From contig JANXDO010000001.1 of assembly GCA_025059375.1 (NCBI GenBank), positions 224,097 to 288,096 on the forward strand: a stretch of 64,000 nucleotides of DNA, read 5' to 3'. The notes beneath the pieces are model-generated. The model had not been told where the DNA came from. It saw only the letters and a list, made by a program, of their open reading frames with translations, and made no database searches. Shown here in pieces: positions 40,182 to 50,479 of this stretch (its first letter is position 1; each line of letters begins with the position of its first letter). Source of the stretch: Candidatus Nezhaarchaeota archaeon (GTDB taxonomy: Archaea > Thermoproteota > Methanomethylicia > Nezhaarchaeales > WYZ-LMO8). The translations under genes and the position numbers were made by a program.

Positions 40182-41399
40182 TCATAGAGCACTAATCCTC
40201 GTTTCAAGAAGCTCTATCTTAATCTCTTTCTTAATGCCTTCAAGAATCTCCTTAACGTTTACTACGTTAGCTTCTGGCGGGTACACGCCCTTCTTGATGT
40301 TCTCAGCCTTTAGGAGCTTCAAGGCAGTAAGTACTGCTGGTAGGGCAGTTGCTTTACAAGCATCTCTACAAGCCATACCGTACCTAACAATGTATTCATC
40401 GTCTCCTCTAACGCCCTTGAGGACAACCCCCAAGCCTAACCCGGTTAATGCATAGTCGCCTAAGCGCTCATAGAGAGGGGTAATCGATTTCTCCAGCTCT
40501 TCAGGTAGTGTGATTTCAGGTAATGCTAGGGTTATGGCTATGGCGATATCTCTAGCCTTAAAGACGTTTTCACCCACCCTTATCTCCTTGAGGCTTGTTA
40601 GTCCAAGAGCCGAGAAGGCCTTTGCCAACTCGTTTAGGCCCGATGGCCAGACTCCCCCTTTATTGTACACGTTCCTCTTAACCTTAATGTAACGTGGTAT
40701 GGTGACCGGCTCTGGATGACCAACATTCGCCACCTCCCAAGCCCCTATCGGCTTAGGAAACTCAAATAGCTCAGGCTCTGAGAGTGCCTTGACCCTCACC
40801 CACCTTCCATCCCTATATGTAGGAATCATACCAGATATAGCGTGAAAGTAGTGATCTACAATTGCTGGTCCTAAAGCTGGATCTATTGCCGTCCAAACCC
40901 AGTAGGTTCCAATCTCATATACTTCGTCGAGCCTTTGCGCTCCGTAGTAAGCTAATAGGTTCGTGATGCCGGGTGTAGCACCCATCCCTATTATCGCTGC
41001 AACCCCTCTCCTTTGCGCCTCTTCATGGAGTCTTAAAGCCTCCTCTGTGGCATCATAATCATCATTTATGTCAACGAAGTTTATGCCAGCCCTCAAGGCA
41101 GCCCTTAAAACCGATACACCAAACTTATAGAAAGGACCTAACGCGCTTATAACTACATCAGAGCCTCTAAGAGCTTCTACTAGAGAGTCTTCATTTGAAG
41201 CATCAACGTGCAAAACCCTCACGTTACCACCCGCTGTCTTCGCTACCTTCTCAGCTCTCTCAACGTTCTTATCAGCAATCACTACTTCCAGCTTTGAATC
41301 TAAGTTGCATAGCTCATGAACCATCATGGAGCCTATGTGACCAGCCCCACCCAATACCATGACCCTCTCCTCACCCATGGACATCCCCCTAACGAGCAT
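40182..41399 (-). CDS. Saccharopine-dehydrogenase-like NAD(P)-binding oxidoreductase
   Basis: 'VMVLGGAGHIGSMMV' Rossmann motif at the N-terminus. The ~400-aa length fits the Sacchrp_dh_NADP/C architecture. Confidence 0.55.
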   Translation of the reverse strand: MLVRGMSMGEERVMVLGGAGHIGSMMVHELCNLDSKLEVVIADKNVERAEKVAKTAGGNVRVLHVDASNEDSLVEALRGSDVVISALGPFYKFGVSVLRAALRAGINFVDINDDYDATEEALRLHEEAQRRGVAAIIGMGATPGITNLLAYYGAQRLDEVYEIGTYWVWTAIDPALGPAIVDHYFHAISGMIPTYRDGRWVRVKALSEPELFEFPKPIGAWEVANVGHPEPVTIPRYIKVKRNVYNKGGVWPSGLNELAKAFSALGLTSLKEIRVGENVFKARDIAIAITLALPEITLPEELEKSITPLYERLGDYALTGLGLGVVLKGVRGDDEYIVRYGMACRDACKATALPAVLTALKLLKAENIKKGVYPPEANVVNVKEILEGIKKEIKIELLETRISAL

Positions 41400-41510
41400 T
41401 CCACAATTAAATAGTGGGTGGAAATGTTAAGAACTTAAGCTCTAGCTTTAAATGTCTTAATCTCATCTCTCCGTAACTAGGTATGGGCGCTTATTCCTTA
41501 TGAGATCACT

Positions 41511-43382
41511 TCAATGATAAACTTCTTTGATAACCCACTCTAGTCCTAGCTCCTTAAGCTTTTCTGGCGTTGGCCTGCCCTCCTCATCCCACCCTCTATA
41601 CCTGTAGTAAGCATCTAGTAGGGGTTCAAGGTTCACTACATGCCCTTTCGCGGGTCCTTCAGGTAGCGGCTCTTCCAGTAATCGTCTTGGAAGTGTGTCA
41701 TCAGCCCTTCTTAGGCCCTCCCTCACATTGAAGGCTCTTTGCAGATTGTAAATCCTCTCCCCTGTCCTCCTAAAATCCTCGACCGTAAAGTTCCAGCCAG
41801 TAACACTTGAGATTAATGCTGCCCAATCCTCAGCTGTCAGAACTATCCCAACAAACTTGCACGCTCCAACAGCGTCAAGGACTGTTAGCGCATCCTCTAA
41901 ATCTTTTACCACCTTAGCCGTTTCAGGAATTTCTTGAAGTATGTCTCCCACATAGCACTGCTCAACAACTAGGAACGGTATTGACAGGAATGTGGGTCCT
42001 TGAACGTAAGCTGTAATGTGGCATCCCCCGCGGTTAGCTGTCGCGTACGCTAATCCCACCAGCTTGGCAGCTCTAGGATCGTAGGCTGGAAGCTCTAATC
42101 CCTTAACGTGCATAGCAAATTTCTCGGATCCTCTACCTATTCTCTTAGAGGCGGCCCTCGTTCCTTCAGCCAGCAAATCTCCTATCCCCTCCCTTCTAGC
42201 TATCTTGTGCACAAGCTCTATCATGACGCCCGCATCGCCAAATTTAATTTCTAGCCCACCGGTATCCTCCTTCGTCAGAAGTCCCCTCTCGTAACACTCC
42301 ATAGCGAAGGCTATTGTGCTCCCAGCAGATATGGTATCGAGACCATATTCGTTGCATAGGAAGTGTGCATGCGCAATAGCATTTAGATCATCAATCTCGC
42401 ACATCCCCCCAAACGATCCAAGTGACTCGTACTCCGGTCCCTCGCCGCTACTAGCATAGCGGTCCTTAACCTCACACACTCTGCCACATGCTATTGGACA
42501 AGCGAAACAAGCTTTCCTGTTCTTCAGTATCTTCTCTGAAATCGCCATCCCGTTTATGTTCTCGGCTCCTCTAAACACTCCAATTTGCCAATTCCTTGTT
42601 GGAAACCCTCCCTGAGCATTTACTAGGTCTAGGACTGCAGCTGTTCCATAAGCCCCCAGCGACATCTTCAGTATGCTTTCACCAACTTGTTCCTGCATCT
42701 TCTTGACCTGCTCCATGACCGCATCTTCATCGGCGACCTTAATCCTCATGGCCCCCCTCACGGCAATAGCCTTTAATCGCTTGGAGCCCATAACTGCACC
42801 CATTCCACATCTTCCAGCCGCTCGCCCCCAACCTGGTCTATCAGCATCGTTTATGATGGCTGCGTACTTCACTAAGTTCTCTCCAGCAATTCCTATACAC
42901 GCTACTTTGAAGTCGTCTCCGAGCTCCTCCTTTATCAGCTTCGTGGTCTCCGACGTACTCTTACCCCAAAGGTGGTTTGCATCCCTGAGCTCAACCCTTC
43001 CGCTATCTATCACGAGGTACACAGGCTTTGGTGAAACTCCCTCAAGTATTATGCCGTCAAAGCCCGATCGCTTTAGGGCAACGCCCCAGAAGCCACCTGA
43101 ACTAGCAAGCCCCCATATGTTGGTGAGGGGCGACTTTGAGACAGCTACATACCTACCAGTGGTTGGGGCAGGAATTCCGGTTAAAGGACCCGTCATGAGT
43201 ATCAACTTATTATGTGGACCAAGAGGATCCACACCTCTCTTAACTTCCTCAAAGAGGTACTTAGTTGCTAGCCCACCACAACCTAAGAACATTCTGAGCA
43301 CATCTTCATCAGGATGCTCCTCGCTCATCCTCTCTACGCTTAGATCCACTCTAAGAATCTTCCCCATATAGCCTCCTGGCAT
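41511..43382 (-). CDS. Tungsten-containing aldehyde:ferredoxin oxidoreductase (AOR family)
   Basis: 'GYMGKILRVDLS' AOR N-terminal signature. '...CFACPIACGR' is the 4Fe-4S/pterin-binding region. Length is ~620 aa from the internal ATG. Confidence 0.8.
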   Translation of the reverse strand: MPGGYMGKILRVDLSVERMSEEHPDEDVLRMFLGCGGLATKYLFEEVKRGVDPLGPHNKLILMTGPLTGIPAPTTGRYVAVSKSPLTNIWGLASSGGFWGVALKRSGFDGIILEGVSPKPVYLVIDSGRVELRDANHLWGKSTSETTKLIKEELGDDFKVACIGIAGENLVKYAAIINDADRPGWGRAAGRCGMGAVMGSKRLKAIAVRGAMRIKVADEDAVMEQVKKMQEQVGESILKMSLGAYGTAAVLDLVNAQGGFPTRNWQIGVFRGAENINGMAISEKILKNRKACFACPIACGRVCEVKDRYASSGEGPEYESLGSFGGMCEIDDLNAIAHAHFLCNEYGLDTISAGSTIAFAMECYERGLLTKEDTGGLEIKFGDAGVMIELVHKIARREGIGDLLAEGTRAASKRIGRGSEKFAMHVKGLELPAYDPRAAKLVGLAYATANRGGCHITAYVQGPTFLSIPFLVVEQCYVGDILQEIPETAKVVKDLEDALTVLDAVGACKFVGIVLTAEDWAALISSVTGWNFTVEDFRRTGERIYNLQRAFNVREGLRRADDTLPRRLLEEPLPEGPAKGHVVNLEPLLDAYYRYRGWDEEGRPTPEKLKELGLEWVIKEVYH

Positions 43383-43838
43383 GGACACACCATCCATGGG
43401 AAGGCATTCAATTAAATTTAATTTAATCAATAATTCTTAAAACTGTTGCAGTAGCCTTGTGAAGGGAGGGTAACACGCTGCCCATTTTAGATCTAAGATT
43501 CAATTTTACATGAAAGCACGAAGCCTAAGGTGATGGGAACTTGTCGATGACATAGAGATCATGAAAGCTCAAGACGTTCCTAGTAACGTTCTAAATGTCA
43601 TCTAAGTCGAGCTCTAGGCACTAAGCAGTATAAAGCCACTTATCATACCACTAAGCAGGGAGCATAATGCACTGTACGGTGCTGTGGCTAGTGTAGCGCT
43701 GATGTGTAATTTGACGTCATGTTGGGTGGACTGCTCTTAGCTATCGAGGAGTGAAGAACCATCCGTGTAACTTGACACCATAAAAATGGTGGAGATGGTA
43801 AACCATCTATCGAGCTGTAGAGTCACCTTGCGATGCAA

Positions 43839-45443
43839 TTAGTCAAGTAGGACACTTTCCATTATGTTGTCCTCTTCTTCTGGTAGCGGTATGCCCGTAA
43901 CCTTTGAAGCTCTTTCAGTTAATGCGATTAAATCACTTCTATCGATTAAGTTAAGCTTCCACTTCCTCGCTCCAGCCATTAACTGTTGTAAGCCAACTTT
44001 AATCCTATCCATGTAGGTGTAGAGCCCTATAGCACCCCAAGGAACTTCTTTGAACCTCTCACCAAGCATAGTCTTTAGATCTGGAGTAGCTATGAAGAAC
44101 TTCTCGGGGTTATCACCAAACTTCTCCACGAAGCTCTTTGGTAACTGACCCCTCTCTGCAAGCTCAGCAAAGTATGACGACTTCATCACTGCGGTTAAAG
44201 GAGCCCTACCCATTAATACTGCTTTCACGTAGGGTCCATCACCAAAATTGCTCAAAGCAATCGCCTTGTATATCTGGGTCTCATCGATGAAGCCGCCAGC
44301 CATTATTATGTCCGGGACATGCCTCCCCCTCTTCTTCAGTATCTGAGCGCACTTCAAGACTTGAGCTTCAAGGTATACTGTTGGCGTTCCCTGCTCATTC
44401 ATCATGGGGACGGGGCTCATACCAGTTCCGCCACCAGCACCATCAAATGCTACGTAGTCTAGCTTTGCCTCGGAAGCAGCTTTCATTGCGAATGCTACAG
44501 CTATTGGCTCATAACCTCCTGTCTTTAAGCCAACCTTCTTAGCTCCCTGCTCTCTAAGCTTCTCTATATCCTCAATGAACTCCTCCCTGCTCGGCATACC
44601 AACGCGACTATGCCTCTCGAATGTCTTGAAGACACCCTGTTTGAACGCCTCTTGAACGGCCCTATCTTCTGGATCCGGTATGACTATGTAGCCCCTCTTC
44701 TTCAGCATGATAGCTCTATCTAAGCTACTAATCCTAACTTCTCCCCCAATCGCCTTGGCTCCTTGACCCCACTTCCTCTCAATCACGTTGACCTCCAACT
44801 TCGATATCGCATAGATGTCGGTCCCTAAGCGCTGATCCTCGACATTAGTCTGGACCACCACATCTCCATACTTTCCATCCCAGAACTTTCTAAATGCCTC
44901 GATCCTCCTCTTAAGTTCTGGTGAGTGAGTTACCTTACCGTTAGTAATTATAGCCTCAGGATCCATGCCACATATGTTCTCACCTATTATGATCATTACG
45001 CCAGAGAGAGCTGCACCAACGGCAAGGCCCTCCCAATTGACCCTAGCGACCTCAGTGGAACCGTAGGCACCCATCACGACCGGGACCTTTATCGGTATGC
45101 CTCCAACACTGCTCTCAACGTCAACGTTGGGGAATATAGCGACGTCGGAGTCAGGCTTTATCCCCATTGCTCCTAAGAGCCTAGCCTTAATGTTGAAGTG
45201 CGACCAGTCTAAGCCATAGTCCTTTAGTGAAGCAGCTGTGCTCTTACCAAACATGCTTGGATCCGGGTAGATGGCCTCGCGTCCTCTAAAGGCTGATAGC
45301 GAAACCTCACATATGAATGGACACTCCCTTATACATAGGGGACATAAGCCACTTGAAGGGCAGAGATCTTCAACTCTAGCCCTCGTCGCTGTCGTCGACA
45401 TGGAATTTAGGTAGGACGAGTTCCTATGTACAGGGTTAGGCAT
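43839..45443 (-). CDS. Glutamate-synthase-domain (GltB FMN/Fe-S central domain) protein with N-terminal ferredoxin-like Cys cluster
   Basis: 'CPLCIRECPFICE' at the N-terminus. '...GGIPIKVPVVMGAYGS...' and 'GGTGMSP' are typical of the archaeal stand-alone glutamate synthase large-subunit domain. Confidence 0.6.
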   Translation of the reverse strand: MPNPVHRNSSYLNSMSTTATRARVEDLCPSSGLCPLCIRECPFICEVSLSAFRGREAIYPDPSMFGKSTAASLKDYGLDWSHFNIKARLLGAMGIKPDSDVAIFPNVDVESSVGGIPIKVPVVMGAYGSTEVARVNWEGLAVGAALSGVMIIIGENICGMDPEAIITNGKVTHSPELKRRIEAFRKFWDGKYGDVVVQTNVEDQRLGTDIYAISKLEVNVIERKWGQGAKAIGGEVRISSLDRAIMLKKRGYIVIPDPEDRAVQEAFKQGVFKTFERHSRVGMPSREEFIEDIEKLREQGAKKVGLKTGGYEPIAVAFAMKAASEAKLDYVAFDGAGGGTGMSPVPMMNEQGTPTVYLEAQVLKCAQILKKRGRHVPDIIMAGGFIDETQIYKAIALSNFGDGPYVKAVLMGRAPLTAVMKSSYFAELAERGQLPKSFVEKFGDNPEKFFIATPDLKTMLGERFKEVPWGAIGLYTYMDRIKVGLQQLMAGARKWKLNLIDRSDLIALTERASKVTGIPLPEEEDNIMESVLLD

Positions 45444-45569
45444 AACATCACCGCCTTACGTCAACACACCGCTGACTTATGCTGAAGAGTATAAAAGTCT
45501 TTTCTTAGCAATATTGAGTCCTCAAGATCGTCCAAATACCTCTTCACCCTTAAAGTCTGTAACCCAACA

Positions 45570-46208
45570 CTAGAGACCGCTATAGCATGGATGCCTAGCC
45601 CTCAACCCTCCTAAAGCCTCTTCATACCATTTCGGGAGCTTAATCTCGCTTATCGCTCTCGATGGAGTGTACGGCTTAATGTCTAGGACGGGGGTCTTAT
45701 CGAACAAGTCTAGCCGCCTAACTTTGAGAAACCTTCCACTCCTCTCAATTAATTCAACGATTGTCAGTGCAAGCGGATTGGGCCTATGTGGAGAGTTAGT
45801 CGCGAAAACGCCAACCTCTGGAACCATGCTTACATCAGCTGCTAAGAGCCTTAAAGGCTTAGGTTTAACCTTAAGGACCCTACGCTGCTCATCAGAAATC
45901 TTGTGTAAGTAGGCTATGACTATTAAGTGAGAGAAGCCCTCTACACCCTCCAACCCTGGCACATACTCCTCATAAATTTCTATCATACCCTCAACCCCCT
46001 CCATGAACCTTGCCTCAACCTGTTCATCATCCAAGTTAACGTGCACAACCCCTATGGGTCTGAGGCATATCTGCATGGTGATGCACCAGGCCGCAAAACC
46101 ATCAATTCGATAAAGTCTCCAAGCTAAAATCTCTACTTTACCATACTGAGTGGATGCGTAACCAATTAGCTCCTTGACAGCAGATAAGGATGCCAGTGCG
46201 GTGGGCAT
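45570..46208 (-). CDS. TsaA/YaeB-like SAM-dependent methyltransferase (UPF0066)
   Basis: 'PIGVVH' near the N-terminus and '...HRPNPLALTIVELI...LDLFDKTPVLDIKPY' signature. Confidence 0.6.
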   Translation of the reverse strand: MPTALASLSAVKELIGYASTQYGKVEILAWRLYRIDGFAAWCITMQICLRPIGVVHVNLDDEQVEARFMEGVEGMIEIYEEYVPGLEGVEGFSHLIVIAYLHKISDEQRRVLKVKPKPLRLLAADVSMVPEVGVFATNSPHRPNPLALTIVELIERSGRFLKVRRLDLFDKTPVLDIKPYTPSRAISEIKLPKWYEEALGGLRARHPCYSGL

Positions 46209-46619
46209 CTTTTTTTACAGAAGTCTAGAAATCAACGTCAGTGCTCTAAGTAGAAGGTGGACGACTCTAGGAAACATAGCGGAAGGTTAGCATTGAGCCT
46301 TACTGCAGGCTTACAAGGTTAGCGATGAATTGTTAAAGTCCACCTCTAGCTTAAAGAGCCCATCGTACGCACTGGGCTTGAAACTATGGCCACGAGGAAG
46401 TCACCGATTTAGCTAAGGTGAGAGCGCCAGGAAAGCTGTCAACAAGATCTCGCGAGGAAGTGCGATTTCGGCAGTTAACAGTGCTTTTCAAATGCCTATA
46501 TGCCCCTTTGTTGCCATCTTAAGCGTTTAGAATTTAACTGAACTCATTTAAATCGATTACTGTAACTCTGTCTCCAGCTTTCTAGAAACTCTATAAACCT
46601 GGTTTGCATAGAATTGTTG

Positions 46620-46680
46620 GGGGCGATGAGTAAGAGCGCCTTGCTGAGGCGTGATGAGCGTGGAGTACCTATGAGCCCCA
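46620..46680 (+). ncRNA. Candidate C/D-box sRNA (2'-O-methylation guide)
   Basis: GGGGC-[GCGAUGAG]-13nt-CUGA-3nt-GUGAUGA-12nt-[UAUGAG]-GCCCC. The C' and D' boxes are perfect, the C and D boxes are degenerate, and a 5-bp GC terminal stem encloses them. It lies in a 650-nt ORF-poor gap. Confidence 0.25.
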
Positions 46681-46718
46681 CGTGATGGTAACCTCAATGG
46701 GCTTAGCGGGTAATGTAG

Positions 46719-46868
46719 TATGAGTGAGAAAGTTGAGCGGGAGGATCTAAGACAGGAGGAGATAGTAGAGGATTTGTGGAGGGACCTCTACGAGTCTAGG
46801 TGCAAGTTAATGCGCAGCAGCAAACCCCCATCACTCGAAGAAGTCCTCCTTACACGTGAAGGCTAAAC
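46719..46868 (+). CDS. Small ORF (49 aa), acidic/helical, uncharacterised
   Basis: ATG...TAA frame 'MSEKVEREDLRQEEIVEDLWRDLYESRCKLMRSSKPPSLEEVLLTREG'. It is below the ORF-track cutoff and sits in the same gap. Its coding status is unproven. Confidence 0.2.
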
Positions 46869-47444
46869 CGAGAACTTAAAGACGTTTAGGAGCTCATTTA
46901 ACGAGTTAACGTTCACAATTCGGCTCATTGCTTGAAGTACTTTGTGAGGAGTTGCAACGAGACACCCAGCTTGTAATCCAGCTATAGCGTCGGCTCTACT
47001 GAAACCCACGTAGAGAGCATCATTAACTTGATGACCTAAAACATTGCAGGCCTTAACTATCTGCTTTGCTTTCTCAGCTTCATCGTCTCTTGTTATCACT
47101 ATATCGAACACGTCCTTCAAGTTCATCCTTTCGAGGACGATTTCTGTGCTCTTCTTGCCCCTCATGGTGACTAGCGCTAGCTTAACACCTATAGCCTTGA
47201 GGGTACATATAGCCTCCAAGTCTTCCTGGTCAATTTTAGCCTCTTCAGCAGTCTTAATCTCAAGCTCCTCTAAGATCTCATCAATGACTTTACGCGAATT
47301 TGAAGACTTTGTTGATGCCTCCGCAACAAGCTTCCTCAAATCCCCATTGACACCTAAAACCTTTCTAAGCCTCTCTTTAGCCTCACTCACATCAACCTTT
47401 AAAATGGAACTATCGAGGTTTACGACCACGATTTTAATTAGCAT
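46863..47444 (-). CDS. HAD-superfamily hydrolase-like protein (weak)
   Basis: '...LALVTMRGKKST...' and a C-terminal 'YVGFSRADAIAGLQAG' resemble HAD motifs III/IV. Motif I is degenerate ('VVNLDSSIL'). Confidence 0.3.
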   Translation of the reverse strand: MLIKIVVVNLDSSILKVDVSEAKERLRKVLGVNGDLRKLVAEASTKSSNSRKVIDEILEELEIKTAEEAKIDQEDLEAICTLKAIGVKLALVTMRGKKSTEIVLERMNLKDVFDIVITRDDEAEKAKQIVKACNVLGHQVNDALYVGFSRADAIAGLQAGCLVATPHKVLQAMSRIVNVNSLNELLNVFKFSV

Positions 47445-47597
47445 GCTGACACAAAGAGTTGAGCTTAAACTTATACATTTCCCAAGCTAAATGAGGGTAC
47501 AGAGGGCCTTAAACTTCAAGGCTCTCAGCAATCAATTCTCTAATCAATAGTTGAAGCCCATGCCCTGGCGATTTCTACGGTCATGCTTATAATCACC

Positions 47598-48413
47598 CTA
47601 AATCTCTATACCTATTGGACACGCTTTCAGACATAGACCACATAAGTGGGCGCTAGGCAATCTATATTCGCTTGGTAAGAGGATTTTTATTATGTGTGGA
47701 GGTATCCCCTTCGACTGAAGGTCTCTAATCGCTTCATAGTAGTCAATCGTGAAGACCCTAGGCCCCCTATATTTGCGACACTTGTACTGATCGACAGTAC
47801 CATCACCGGGTAGCGCTTTCACTGGGCATGCCTTAACACATCGGAGACCACACTTCTCGGGCTTACAAATTAATCCCCATGAGAAGCCGCTTGCCAGCAT
47901 TGGGTCGGGCTCTAGTGGTGCTGAGGTTATGACAGAGGCAAACCTAACTCTAGGTCCATATCTGGGGACAACAATGTATGATGCAGGGGTAAATTCACCT
48001 AAGCCGGCTAGAACTGCTGCATGCCTATGAGAGAGGCTAGCGAGCATCTTAACTTTAGGTTCCTTCCTACTTATCACCCTTACTTCTCTTTGGTAATCGG
48101 GTTCATCAGGGCTTACTGGGAAAGCATCAAACCCATGATCCTCCAAGTAGTATACGATCTTGTAAGCTATAGAGCGAAGCTCGCCGTTTAGTAGGTCGTA
48201 TGCAGCTTCGTAAAATGGACTTGGAATCGTCTTAACTATGGATAGAGGTATACGTAAGCCAAAAACAATAACGCTCCTAGCGTTTGGAAGCAGATCCGAT
48301 GGTTTATGGCCTTCAGGTGCTGGTGAAAATCGTTCAGCTGAAGCTATGCCGACCAGGTGAGCTCCAAACTTTCTAGTTACCTCCTTTAAAGTCTCACTGT
48401 TCAGGTACCTCAT
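47598..48413 (-). CDS. QueG-like/DUF1730-like Fe-S protein with C-terminal Cys clusters
   Basis: N-terminal 'KFGAHLVGIASAE' resembles the epoxyqueuosine-reductase N-domain. C-terminal 'CGLRCVKACP' and 'CGLCLKACPIG' clusters. Confidence 0.3.
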   Translation of the reverse strand: MRYLNSETLKEVTRKFGAHLVGIASAERFSPAPEGHKPSDLLPNARSVIVFGLRIPLSIVKTIPSPFYEAAYDLLNGELRSIAYKIVYYLEDHGFDAFPVSPDEPDYQREVRVISRKEPKVKMLASLSHRHAAVLAGLGEFTPASYIVVPRYGPRVRFASVITSAPLEPDPMLASGFSWGLICKPEKCGLRCVKACPVKALPGDGTVDQYKCRKYRGPRVFTIDYYEAIRDLQSKGIPPHIIKILLPSEYRLPSAHLCGLCLKACPIGIEI

Positions 48414-48562
48414 GGTTATAAAGGTTATCTTTGAAGCATTTTAAGCTTCCTCAAGCTTAATCACAGAGCAGCTAGTGTAAGCTTCTAGAGGCACTACAGT
48501 AGATTCTAATGACAGCTAATGAAAATCCTTAAAAGAGCTCCGCCCAATTTTAGGGTTACTAT

Positions 48563-48961
48563 GTGAGTAAGGTCGTAGAAAGACTCTTAGCATTAATTCC
48601 TCTAGTTGACCTCATCTACATATATTCCAGTAGAATTACACGCATTTATCCCGAGCTATCATACTTAAGTAGGCGTAGGCTGCTCCTTGGTTGGCTTGAA
48701 CACGTACTTTACGCTGTCCTCGGCTTCATGTTATGTAAGCTATTTGGACCTCTCTTGGCAATAATGGTCTATGTTATTAGTCTCTCCATAGCATTACCAA
48801 TAGAGGTGTACATATCAAGGTTGGCGAGGATACCGACGTGGGAATGGGCTAAAGGTAAGAAGCTTCGCGAGAGATTTCAGTTGTTCTGTCTAGCATCTCT
48901 GAACGCCACCTTGTACTTCTTAATCGGGTTGACCACACACATGGCCCTCTTAGGTTCATGA
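48563..48961 (+). CDS. Hypothetical small membrane protein
   Basis: 132 aa with four hydrophobic segments. Confidence 0.3.
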   Translation: MSKVVERLLALIPLVDLIYIYSSRITRIYPELSYLSRRRLLLGWLEHVLYAVLGFMLCKLFGPLLAIMVYVISLSIALPIEVYISRLARIPTWEWAKGKKLRERFQLFCLASLNATLYFLIGLTTHMALLGS

Positions 48962-49088
48962 TAGACGAAATGGCTGAGACCTCGACCCCCCACTCCTAGC
49001 CCTTGATTTTACCCATGTATCACAAAGTAGTTTAGCACCTTAAAACCTCCAGCTCTCGAAGTGTTCGCCCACAGTAGCGGGATCTCGA

Positions 49089-50360
49089 TTATCCACCCAG
49101 ATAAGACTTGGCCCTCTTAATGATCTCTGTGCCAATCATTAAGCCAAGGGCCCCCCTCCTGCACGCCACTTCATCGAAGCTCTTCACTTCATCGGGTTTA
49201 ATGCCATTGCCAGCCATTAGTATTGGCACTGGATCGTCGGAATGAGCCTTTAGTGTACATGGAGTAGCGTGATCGGCGGTTACGATGACTACCATATCCT
49301 CAAGATCTAGCTCTGTGACCACTACGCTGAAGAAGTACCTATCTATCTCCTCTATAGACTTAATTTTAAGCATCGGGTTCCCGTCGTGGCCAGGCTCATC
49401 GGGACCTTTTAAGTGCACGTAGACTCCATCGTACTTGTAGAGTGCTTCAATTGCACTCTCAACCCTAAGCTTATAGTCCACCTCGGCATTGCCTAACATC
49501 GGCGGTATTGGTACGATGTCCATCCCAGCTGCCATTGCAATACCCTTCTCAACGGGCATCTCAGCTAGACAAGCCATTCTCAAACCATAGAGCTCACTTA
49601 TTGGCTTAAGCTTCGGAAGTTCATGAGCAGCATCTCTACATAGAAGAGCATTGGCTGGTAAGAGACCCCTACCTACTCTCCTCTCGTTTACGGGGTGCCT
49701 CCTAAGCAGCTCTATGACCTTAAATGTGAACTCATTGACTAGCTTAGCGGCTTTCATGGCCTCATCTCTGTCGTCGAGAGGCTTACAATCCGCTAACACC
49801 ATCTGTTCAGCAACCCTCGCAACACCTAGACCACCAACCCTCTCATAAGCTGGATCAGTATTCGTTATGCTGCTCGACAAAGAGCCATCAAGCCTCCTTA
49901 TTACCAAAACCCCCCTATGACCCACAGTACTCTTAAATTTGAAGTCAGCACCCTCTAACCTAACCTCTCTATTTATCGCTTCAGCTAGTTCAGCAGCTTC
50001 CTGAGAAGTTAGTGTCCTTCCACATCTCCTATCTATGACCCTAAGCTTCTCATCTATGGTAGCGAAGTTGCACCTCAAAGCTAGCCATCCATCTTTAAAC
50101 TCGAGACCAGCACCCAAAGCCTCTAAGACCCCCCTTCCAGTGTGATGTTTGTAGGGGTCGTAGCCCAAGATACTTAAAACCGCAACATCAGATTCTGGTG
50201 CTACACCCTCACCAACGGTGTACACTAGTCCTGTCACACCCATCTCAGCTAACTTATCGATATTCGGCTTGTGGGAATATTGAAGAGGGGTCTTACCGCT
50301 CAATAGCGGGTTAGGTCTATCACCAACACCATCGAGAACCACGTATAGGAGCTTCCTCAA
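49089..50360 (-). CDS. apgM: Archaeal-type cofactor-independent phosphoglycerate mutase
   Basis: 'KLLYVVLDGVGDRP' N-terminus, 'TADHATP' and 'HDG' metal-site motifs. ~420 aa. Confidence 0.8.
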   Translation of the reverse strand: MRKLLYVVLDGVGDRPNPLLSGKTPLQYSHKPNIDKLAEMGVTGLVYTVGEGVAPESDVAVLSILGYDPYKHHTGRGVLEALGAGLEFKDGWLALRCNFATIDEKLRVIDRRCGRTLTSQEAAELAEAINREVRLEGADFKFKSTVGHRGVLVIRRLDGSLSSSITNTDPAYERVGGLGVARVAEQMVLADCKPLDDRDEAMKAAKLVNEFTFKVIELLRRHPVNERRVGRGLLPANALLCRDAAHELPKLKPISELYGLRMACLAEMPVEKGIAMAAGMDIVPIPPMLGNAEVDYKLRVESAIEALYKYDGVYVHLKGPDEPGHDGNPMLKIKSIEEIDRYFFSVVVTELDLEDMVVIVTADHATPCTLKAHSDDPVPILMAGNGIKPDEVKSFDEVACRRGALGLMIGTEIIKRAKSYLGG

Positions 50361-50479
50361 AGTCTACACCAGCTAGATTTCAGGGACTTCCAGTTAGATA
50401 GCTTTAATCGTTACACCTCAAAGCCCAAGTCTACTAGGTAAGGCATATAAGGTTTTCATTCTACGTCTTGCTCTAGTAG

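Noticed and set aside
46300-46440. RNase P RNA-like motifs ('GGCUUACAAGG' resembling CR-V, 'CCAGGAAAGCUG' resembling CR-I) in the long gap
   Set aside because: The motifs are imperfect and occur in the wrong 5'-3' order for RNase P RNA on either strand, and I can trace no P4 pairing.
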